Source of the DNA: Octopus sinensis
Lineage: Eukaryota
NCBI RefSeq assembly: GCF_006345805.1
Contig: NC_043012.1
Span: 20,584,001-20,648,000 of the forward strand
Direction: 5' to 3'
DNA length: 64,000 bases
The stretch's first letter is position 1. The number at the start of each line of letters is the position of its first letter. Below are positions 53,921 through 64,000 of the stretch, one piece after another. Both the position numbers and the translations under genes were made by a program. The notes beneath the pieces were generated by a model, which was not told the DNA's origin, did no database searches, and was given only the letters and a program-made list of their open reading frames with translations.

Positions 53921-55149
53921 ATATAGTTTTCAAAGTGACAACTAATCACTGATCTATAAATTAGAAAATTACAATGTTTACTAGAAATTATTTTGTTATG
54001 CGGCGTCCAGCTTCTACGCTATTATTACTATAAGTCAGAAAGCAATAGAAGAAATAGATCAGCCGACGGTATAGAAATTGCGAAGGATACCAATCTGCAT
54101 CCAATGTGATTCGAAACTGCATGCTGGTATCTACTTTATGGTTTTCGAATATCAGGTATACTATATCGCGAGTAGTATATAATTATCGTGCTTATATTTT
54201 TGGAAGGCAACCCATGTGTCATAATGTCAAAGATACCCTGTATCAAATGTAGCATAATTATACACGTAACAAAAGAACAACAAAAACAACAACAACAACA
54301 ACAACAACAACAGCAGCAGCAGCAGCATTAGTCACATTACAGAATGCAATAGACGCGTTTTCTAAACGGATTGGCGAAGTTATAATGATATGTTTATGGA
54401 ACTAAATATCATTTGCTCATCTTATCTATATTTAGTTTATAAAACATTTTGAAACATCTCACGTAGTATGAAGATATTTCTAAAATTCATTTTTCGAATA
54501 TAACAATTCCTGCACAATAATTTTCCTATTATAGCGTTATTACTCCGCACAAATAAATTATGATCGTAATGGTGCTGAAATTTTAGACGCTACAGACAAA
54601 CTGTGTTTCCACGGTGTAAATTGTTTTTTACTTACAATTAGAGTAAACATTAAAATACGTGATCAATTGCATATAAATATGTATTACTGGAGTTCATGCA
54701 GTTTACGTTCAAACTTCAAATTTGCAAACTGAAATACGGAATCTGAAAATTATATCATAAGTTTCGTGTCTTCTATAATTTCGCTTCATAAAGATCAGTG
54801 GTTGTATAATATTTGAATACAATTATATATACGTAGACATAAACAAATACAAACTCACACGAAGACACACACACACATGGAAAATATATGTGTACATACG
54901 TATATGCGTGTGTGTATGTGTGTGTATGTGTGTGTGTATGAAGCGTATGTTTTAATGGTTACGATATATGGCTCATGATAGTAAAGTGGTGAGTTCGATT
55001 CTCAGTGATATGTTTTATCCTTGACCAAAACATCTTATTTCACGTTGCTACTGTCCACTCATCTGGCACGAATGAGGTGTAGCCATGTCACATTTTGTTA
55101 TATACTGAATGTCCTTGGATGTCCGTAAGTGCTAAATTTGGCCTATATG

Positions 55150-55736
55150 GCGGGTGCGAAAGAAATACCGTATTGCTTTTGGTAAGAAGCTCATGAATGA
55201 AGTGATCTCGGTGACAAGGACGCATTGTGGTCGTGAAGAATCCTATTCTTCGCGATTCATAGATCCGATCACTTTCGCCAAATGTCCTCCCCTAAACGCT
55301 TCAGAACATCGAGGAGAATTCTTGATTGACGATCTATCCCTAGCGGGGCGAATTGTTGATATCGAAAAGGAGATGAGCATGTTCTTGATTGAGCTGCGGC
55401 TTTGTTGTGCCTTTTGAAGCGCCCGTATCACTCAAAACATTGCGCATGGCCCATTGTCCCGTCACTGTATGCTTGCCGAAACATACCCACTGTCTCAGTA
55501 GCAGATTTCCCAAGTTTAATTCAAAATTTCATTTCAAGTTGGTTCTTTGATCCAACTCCCTGCACATTACAAAAATTACACACTATACAATACACGTGAA
55601 AACAAAAACACAAATTTCGAAATTTTCGAAGTAAACTCAGCAATATCACTCGGCAAACTGTAGCATGAAGACCCCTGCTCGCTCTCACTGGCACGCTGCA
55701 GAACTAGTCCGGGAACCTTTTGATAACATCTTGTAC
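55150..55736 (-). mobile_element. Mariner-family element, internally deleted; one terminal repeat
   Basis: Terminus TACAAGATGTTATCAAAAGGTTCCCGGACT; MKF*IKLGKSATETVGMFRQAY..MGHAQCFE*YGRFK (HTH) fused to LDVLKRLGEDIWRK..RILHDHNA. Confidence 0.85.
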
Positions 55737-55896
55737 GTAAGGTATGGAAAAATGGTCGCAGCGTCAAATTACTTGCCAAATATATGTTTTTCACTTTCTC
55801 TCTCTCTCCTCTCCCAATCTCTCTCTCTTTCATTCTCTTTATGTAGATATGTGAGTGTGTCTAGTATGTATATGTGTGTATATGTATGTATATTTA

Positions 55897-55930
<34 letters not shown>

Positions 55931-56579
55931 CATGTCTCTAACACCGTGTAACCTTGTCGCGAGGATGCATACTTACTCAAAAGAGTACCCCCAATAAATT
56001 GTACAACGAATTGAACTAACTTTTCAGTTAAATGAGTTTCCAGATATAGTGACAGCGAATGATGTGCGGAAACTGAAAGAAAGAAAGAAAAAAAGAAAGA
56101 AAGAAGGAAGGAAACTAGAATTGCAAGACAAAACTCCGATAATCTGGTGATACGTATTCGTAACTGCTGTGATAGGAAGTAAAGCGACAATGCATTTTAG
56201 GCGATATGAATGAACTTGGTACATGCTTATTGTAGATGAAACAGTAAATGAACCTATCACGAAAGCTAACAATTGATAGGTCAGTCATTTTTACTATGTT
56301 AAGGTATCTTACAAATAATATTTCATTCGTTTTCAAACCATTTGTAGAGATTTTTCCAACATACGGCTAGCAGTTGAAGGGAAAAGTAGAAATTATATTA
56401 TTCGACTTCAAACTTAAGCCTTAGCCCCGATTCTTTATATATATATATAATATATATATATATATATAGTTGTGGTGTGTGTGGTGTGTGTGTGTGTGTG
56501 TATATATATATAAATACACACACATACACACACACATACACACACATATATATATATATATTTGTGTGTGTGTGTGTGT

Positions 56580-56730
56580 AGTTGGAATTTACAAACAAAA
56601 ACAAAACAAAAGACGAAGATGGGTGTGTAAACAACAAACAGTTGTATTAGTTTAACTCTCGGTAAGTGAGAAAGTATTTTACGTTTCGAGCCCACGGTCT
56701 TCAACAGAAATTAGCAGAGTCAGAAAAAGT
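56580..56730 (-). mobile_element. Short dispersed repeat with variant hammerhead-like core (56676-56711)
   Basis: Minus strand ATTT-CTGTTGA-aGAccgtgggcTC-GAAA-CG-TA-AAAT; same family as 2460-2632. Confidence 0.6.
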
Positions 56731-56771
56731 ATATATATATATATGTATAACACACACACCACACACACACG

Positions 56772-56832
<61 letters not shown>

Positions 56833-57262
56833 ATATGTATATATGTATATATGTATCTGTATATATATATATGTGTGTGTGTGTGCGCGTGTGTGTGTGT
56901 GTGTATGTATGTATTATTACCTCTCACACAACTCATCTCTTGCCTTGTGTCACGTGGAAGTTGCCGGTATTTATTGCCTACTAAAAAAAATTGTCCTATT
57001 TTTATTTCTTGCCATTATTCTTTCAATTGTGAACGTTTGGAGATTTAAGACTTTGCGTTTCGTCTTAGTGTGTGTCGCACTTCATTTGACACGTACTAAA
57101 TTACATTTACGACTCTAAGTTTCATTTGCAGTGCCATTTCTTTCCAATTTTTTCATCAAAGAATACACTCGAAAAAATGTAACTGAAATAAACCCGGTAA
57201 TGTACTTTATGGCTTCTACTAATAATATTTTAATAGCTCTATAGTGAAATTACTGGATCTTT

Positions 57263-57406
57263 ACCGGTAAAATTTCCACTTATTTCTTTTCCATCTTTTT
57301 TTCTAAAATTTTTGTTGCGTCTTGCAACCTTTTCAATAGTCAAGACTATTGAAAATAAAAATTTTTAGGAAAATAAAAATAAAGAATAAGTGGAAATTTT
57401 ACTGGT
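57263..57406. repeat. Fold-back palindrome centred at 57342-57343
   Basis: TTTTCAATAGTC aa GACTATTGAAAA at the centre; outer arms ACCGGTAAAATTTCCACTTATT / AATAAGTGGAAATTTTACTGGT. Confidence 0.85.
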
Positions 57407-58013
57407 GAGTGTGTTACATTTAAGGCACAAAAAATTACTCTCCCGAAACACAACAGAATATGCTTCAACACCAGAACTCACATAAAGAATCATGCAAACC
57501 AAATTCAAAAACGAAATGATATATATATATATATATTATATATATATATATATATTATGAAAATCATAAGGGTTGAAAATATAGAAAGAAATTGTATTCC
57601 GTTGGCTAGTGTGTGTAATAGAAGTTAATAGTAACATATTTTCACATATAAAAGTGTACAGGACGTCTTACATGCTAGAAAGTGCAGCGAAACCCAAACC
57701 ACGAAACAAAAAGAAATTCCATATATATATATATATAATATGAGAGAGATAAATTAATATTAATTTAAAACCAGTAGCCTAGCATACAAAAATCTGAAAA
57801 ATCAGAGAAAATTCTAATACATGTGTATATTCAAAGGGCAAGACCGCTAGGTAGTCGGCCGTATGCTAGAAATAGATCACCAACGGTCAAACTACAAAGA
57901 ACGTTCTCTAGAGGAAAATTCAGCGAACACCAATTAGGCGGGCAAGACAGATGAAAATTATATAATTTGAGTACTCTATTTTTCCCCTTGTTTCACATTT
58001 ATGTGTCTACTCT

Positions 58014-58077
<64 letters not shown>

Positions 58078-58087
58078 ATATATATAA

Positions 58088-59080
58088 ATGGATGAATCAA
58101 TTATCTTTTGTTTACCGTTAACATGGAAAATTCAATTGACAGTTACCAGGGTAGCAAAATTCACGCAAGTAACACGGATGAAGCGACATATTCAAAGGTA
58201 GAAACTCCGGGCTAATGTGCAGTAGTTTGTGTAGTATGAGTAAATAAATGGAGTTGAACGAAAGTGTTATTAAAATTCTTTTACTTTCGACATATGTTCC
58301 GAAGACAACATTGGTTTTATTCCAAAGGAATAAACGGTGTAAAATGCAATCTTCTCATCAGAAAAGAAAGAGAGCCTATCTCAAGAACAAGACATTATAA
58401 CAATTACGATGAATGCATAAATGATGAACAGAACGTTATTAAGTATATTTAAAAAACCGTTAGTAGATTCGACGTCCAAGGCAGATGCTAGAAAGAGAAG
58501 GGTTAAAGAAATAATAAGTAGGGAACAAATAAAGAGGGATATGTTGGTTGAAAAAATGTTCAAAGGCTTAGAAGTAGATTTCTCTATTGAAGTAAAGTGC
58601 AAGTTAAACTAACTGTTCAAACTATAAAGACTGGCAAAATCACTTATACGAGTTAAAGGTATGTTTCTGCCAGTATTTACATTTGTAAGATCGCTCTATA
58701 AGTGTGTTAACAAGTTGATTCTTAGAGAAGAGAATATCGAAGAGTTCAGAGTTGCAAATATTACAACATTCCTTGCCCTTATCGTAAGGAAAGGATATGG
58801 ACAGGATGAACCAATCTAACTTAAAATCTTTATTGTTGTCTTTAAGATGCCAAACCAATTTACCTGGTCCTGTACTATGACGTTTGCTGCTATCCCTAAA
58901 TGATGAATAATGATAGGAAATTCTCTTAGATAACAGGGAAGAGGATGCGCCAATGTAGAAGTAGACATCGGTACCGAAAGAAATTTTACACTGGTATATA
59001 GAATTCTTGGTCTTAGAATTATTAGACATAAATTAAATTCTGTTGGGGTTGTCCTCAGAGACCAAAACCACGTTTTTGTT
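58088..59080 (-). mobile_element. 3' part of a Penelope-like element: GIY-YIG ORF (59029-58640) followed by a terminal repeat with HHR
   Basis: SIYQCKI...YIGASS..LSKRISYHYSSF...LVWHLKD...W.IL...PY...CNICNSE..I...LVN..E...C; ends at (TA)n. Confidence 0.85.
58278..58372 (-). ncRNA. Minimal type I hammerhead motif with long stem II (GAAA mutated to GGAA)
   Basis: Minus strand CTTTT-CTGATGA-GAAGA...TTTATTCC ttt GGAATAAA...TCTTC-GGAA-C ATAT G-TC-GAAAG, about 270 nt downstream of the GIY-YIG stop. Confidence 0.72.
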
Positions 59081-59141
59081 GCTATATATATATACAGTGG
59101 TAGATAGATAGATAGATAGGTAGATAGATAGATATATAGAT

Positions 59142-59195
<54 letters not shown>

Positions 59196-60756
59196 TCGAT
59201 ATTCTTATGTTTATAGTAAATAGCGACAATTACGTTATTCTCAATGATTATTTTCTATATTGGTTTCTTGTGAATACTATTGGCTCAGCACAGTTGTGGA
59301 CAAGGGCCCGGTAAGCAAAGTCCACAACATCAGTTTGACGCCTCACTGATCGACTTCAGAGCACATATATTTCATAAACGTTTCGTACATACACCTACAG
59401 CTAAAAGGAAAGATATGATTAACTGTGAAATGCTTTCTAGAACGTCTATGCGAAGTGGAAATTATCACAGATGCCTACTACATTTAGTTTTCACCTTTAT
59501 CAGTGGCTACTAAATATCACCTGTCATTAGATTCAAGTAATAACTGAAAATGTCTCATTGATTCGATTCAGTATACATGCTTCTACTCTGTGCACATAGC
59601 ATATTTTCTATACTACATATACAGCACAAAGAAAACACAGAGTTGATTTATTTATCAATCAAGTAGAGAGATATGATATTCTATGATAGTGACAGAAGAC
59701 AATAAAATCTTCGACAATGAGACACATCAGTCCATCGTTAGGAAAAGCTTATAAAACATCAAAATATTTCGAGAGCTTGAAGTATTTCACCTTAAATATA
59801 TTAAAATATCACATTATAAAGTTAAAATTCTTTCCGTTCTGCCCAGCCTTGTCAGCAATAAAATAATGCTAGGCATTCATTAGTAAGCTAATTGTCAAAG
59901 AAATAGTTTTGTCCTTTTGTGAAGTTTATAACTCGGAAATAATTTAAATTAAAATGCAGTTCATTAGTCACGGGAGTTCTCTGTTACCATTATTCTGTAG
60001 TCTTGTTCTTTTCTTTCAACTTTACGATTTTCTGAAATTGATGAGGCAAATGTTTATTGATGCATCAAACAGTAAGCAATAAAATGTACGGCATCATTGT
60101 AATATATTTTTAATCGTGGTCATAAATTTTCTGAAATTGCGATGTTTGTAACGAGAATAAAACCAACATAAAATTTTAACACGTAAGTAAGTGAATGTAT
60201 TCATAATAATAATCTGAAGTCTTCTGTTATAATCTTCATAGAGCATGCCTATTGACCAGTTTCGCTGAATTTGTAATCCAGTTAGCAAGCTGCTCACTTT
60301 TGATATGCTATTTAAAGAATTGTGTGTCACCAAAACAAGTGTGATGCACAAAATGCCTACGTACAGTTCCTCACTCAAGTTTACCATTTGTTGTCAAGGT
60401 AAAATGCTGGAGAAATGTTGTTTTACATTGAACTGTGTGAAAACATTGAACAATCTTTAACCGTTATGTGTGTATACACCAGCCAACATCTGTGCAGACT
60501 CCAACAGAAAGACAAAGCTACATATAACGGAGTCAACAATGTACAGAAAATACTAAGGACTCTTTACACATCCAAACAAATGTGATTTATACGAATTGCT
60601 ATAGAGCTCATCGCGAATTGTAAGAATAGAGCATGTATTGCTGCAGATGCAGCTGTTGGCTTCGCTGATACTGTTGTAGTTTTTTAAACCAAGCCTACCT
60701 TTATCAAACAGACCTAAATATGTATGTATAAATCTGTATGTATATATATATATATA

Positions 60757-60805
<49 letters not shown>

Positions 60806-61209
60806 CATATTTATGTACATATATGTGTGTGTGTGTATTAATCAGGAGCTAATATTCACGATTGAATATTTATGTAGATATTGATATTATTATTATTATC
60901 GAATTTAATATAAATAGTTGATAACAACAGTAAAATTAATATAGGAGGTTGCAGGCCTAAAGTCTAATTATATAGCTATAGAATTAAGAATTAAAATTAT
61001 AACAAACATAAGGACAAACGCGTAGACTTAAGCATACATATATTCATTCATTCATACATACATACATACATACATAAATACATACATACATACATACATA
61101 CATACATACATACATACATACATACATACATACATACATGCATACATACATACGTACATACATACATATATACATAACATAACTTACAATAGCCTGAAAC
61201 AAAGCACAA

Positions 61210-61397
61210 AACACGTGTCACTAGTGGGTATTACAGCCGAATAAAGATAATTTGAACTTCAGAACTCTCTGCATTCAATAACTCAGAGGGCCACGATGAG
61301 TTTGCAGTTCCAGTACTCATACCAACATTTAGGCTATTTGAGTGGACGCTTGATGAGATCCGAGCCATTGATGTGAAAACCCGAAAAATGCTAATAT
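61210..61397 (+). mobile_element. R4/Dong-type retrotransposon fragment (post-RT region)
   Basis: RVTSGYYSRIKII*TSELSAFN...FAVPVLIPTF..FEWTLDEIRAIDVKTRKML. Confidence 0.7.
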
Positions 61398-61406
61398 GCG
61401 CACATA

Positions 61407-61698
61407 TGAGTGGATTTGGAAGACGTATGCGTGAACATGTGTGTATATGCGTATTGTGTCTGTGTATGAGGGGTTGTGAGTCTTTGTGTTTGTCCCCTAC
61501 CATCACTTGGTAACCTGTATTGCTTTGTTTCCGTCCGTGTAACCTAAAAGTTCAGACATAAGTAACCGAAAGAATAAGAAGCAGTCTTAAATAAGTACTG
61601 GGGTGGGTGCATTTGTTTGATGAAACACTTCGAGGCAGAGCTCCAGCATGGCCGAAGTCCATTGGTTGAAACAAGTAAAAGAAATAAAAGAAAATAAA
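61407..61698 (+). mobile_element. Old SINE family A copy; an internally deleted minus-strand copy lies at 62680-62820
   Basis: TGAGTGGATTTGG...TTTGTCCCC...GCTCCAGCATGGCC...GAAACAAGTAAAAG landmarks retained. Confidence 0.75.
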
Positions 61699-62974
61699 GG
61701 AGATCTGTGTTTGTGTGAATGTGTGTATGTATGTGTGTGCATGTGTGTATATGAATGCTTACGTGTAACGAAATACAATAGGAGTTTACGTCTTGAGTTT
61801 TATGCCCTCAACTGTGTTTACGTTGATACCATTATTTGTGCTATTTACGAAAGATTGAGTATTACAATTTCCAAATATTTCCTCTTGTGTTTTGCACAGA
61901 TGCAAAAACATAATCTACCAATCATTATCTTTAAGAAGCAAAACTAGCAGACACAAGAGAGAAGCAAATAAACAATAACCAGTTCCCCTCTCTTTCACTC
62001 TTCTATCTCTCTTCTCTCTCTCTCTCTCTCTCTCCTCTCTCACTTTCATTCTCTCCACTCCCACCCTCACACACAAATGTTCCGAGTCCAAGACTCCCCA
62101 GAGAGATTAAATACATAGGAAGCATCTGGTAAATCTAGAACAATCGCTAAATTCCAGGCCTTTTGCCAAAAGAATTTGAAAATGCGCATAATCTCTGTAG
62201 AGTCGCATGTAAAAGTTACGAATGTATATAATACTTCTCTGCTGTAATATTGAACATTCACGCCTCATTTCATCCCACGATAAACTTGACTGAAATCGCT
62301 GACAATAAGCGTTACTTTAATACCACACCCATATCGCTGACAATACGCATTTTAATACACACACATCACTCCCATATTGGCTTCAAATTACTTATGATTA
62401 ATTCCTCTTTACATTACTGCTATTGATATCAATTAAAAGAAAACCACCTCTAATATTATGTTGTAGTTTGTGTCTATTAAATATAAACTGTTTTCTATGA
62501 CGTTTGTGCTTATTAATATAAGTACCATTTATTTCAGAAAGATCGCCTTCATCATACCAACCGCAAGTTTGCAATAAAAATGAGCTTTTAAATGGATCTG
62601 AGAATTTATAACCATTGCTTAAATAGGCATTGCCTTCAGTCGCAAGCAATTGTGACATCTCCACAATTTTATATGTATATTCTTTTATTCTTTCACTTGT
62701 TTCATTTATCTGACCGCGGCCTTGCTGGAGCACCACTTTAAGTCGAACAAATCGGAACTGAAACCGGAACCATGTGGTTGGGAATCGAGCTACTTACCTC
62801 AGCATCCACTCCTGAGCCTATGCAAATATATATCCTTTAAATTCGTGTATGGGAAACTCTTTTGAATACGCATATAAAAGTTCCTGTGCTATCCTGTCGG
62901 CTACGGGCTATTGATTTCAAACTTGCAACAGCATTTTTATGGGATCGTACCGTGCGATACCTATATGATGCAGG

Positions 62975-63100
62975 ATAATAATAATATAATAACAACAACA
63001 ATAATAATAATAGTATTAACACCAACAACAACGACAATAATAATAATAACAACAATAATAACAACAACAACAGCACCAACAATAATAATTATAATAATAA
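62975..63100. repeat. (AAT/AAC)n trinucleotide tract
   Basis: Directly visible. Confidence 0.95.
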
Positions 63101-63600
63101 TGCGTCCATCCTCAAATGGACTAAGGAAAAAATATCGACACGGGATAGAAGAACGAGAAAGTCGATGTGGCCGCTTGGGGCGCTACACTCTAAAGCAAAC
63201 ATAAACAGACTGTATCTGAAAAGAAAGAATGGTAGCAGAGGACTAATTAGTATAGACCATTGTATAACAAGTGAGAGGAGAATGCTTGCCTTGTATTTGA
63301 TAAATAGTGATGAAGACCTACTGTAGTATACCGCGAAAGATACAGGTGTAAATGCAGATGAAATGATGGGCAAGGAATAGTTTAACCAAAGCGCTGAGGA
63401 GAAGAGAAAAGAAGACCTTCTTGAAATGAGAATGCATGGACTATCCAAAAGGAATACGCAAGACGATAAGGATGATACAGCATCATGGGCATGGCTTGAG
63501 CGAGATGATTTGAAGCGTACCACCGGATCTTTGCTTCACAAGACCAATATTTCGCTACCGATTCAGGGAAGTATAATATCTATAAAATTTCTAACACCCA
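63101..63600 (+). mobile_element. R4/Dong-type retrotransposon fragment (thumb to C-terminal region)
   Basis: LKWTKE...DRRTRK, ALHSKANINRLYLKRKNGSRGLISI, MHG, SWAWLERDDLKRTTGSLL, QDQ. Confidence 0.78.
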
Positions 63601-63630
63601 GAAATGCAGATATGTAGGTAGGTAGATAGC

Positions 63631-63728
<98 letters not shown>

Positions 63729-64000
63729 CCGAACTTCTTTTCTTATAGTTCTCTTTGCAATAAACAGAATACATCATCTTTGCCAAATGAATAAATGAGT
63801 AAATATATAAATGAATAAATGAATAAACAAATATATGAATAAATAAAATGATTCGTAATATATAAAAGCTTAATATATGTCTGCAGAAAATCCAGATTCA
63901 GAAATAACTATAAAAATCGATGTTATGGATTGAAAGTATCAATTAAAACCCCAGATAAGCTAAATGTTTGTGTGAAATATTCAGCTTACAAAGTTCATCC

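Noticed and set aside
11500-61260. R4 fragments at 11.5 kb and 61.2 kb as halves of one split element
   Set aside because: They overlap in the VT..YY.R region and differ there, so they are more simply independent copies.

Overview
AT-rich, microsatellite-dense animal DNA. The SINE families, (TA)n/(TACA)n/(GATA)n density and repeat mix fit an octopus (coleoid cephalopod) genome; this is my recognition, not a database result. I see no confidently identifiable host gene, and most ORFs in the track are translated microsatellites. The window holds four tRNA-derived SINE families and a U2 snRNA pseudogene. It also has decayed Merlin, Tc1 and mariner DNA transposons, decayed R4/Dong, RTE and CR1-group LINEs, and Penelope-like elements (PLEs) with RT and GIY-YIG remnants. 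The main hidden signal is about 13-14 minimal type I hammerhead ribozyme (HHR) motifs from roughly nine unrelated sequence families, read by eye on both strands. Most lie in ORF-less, (TA)n-anchored modules arranged as inverted or tandem repeats, and many have palindromic stem III sequences. Several modules also share a covarying 3'-terminal stem. The best candidates for something undescribed are a tRNA-headed element with an HHR and a PLE-type inverted end (36.2-36.5 kb), a 209-bp retrozyme-like unit (53.7-53.9 kb) and a 2.7-kb ORF-less HHR cluster (25.7-28.4 kb). All coordinates were counted by hand and may be a few bases off.
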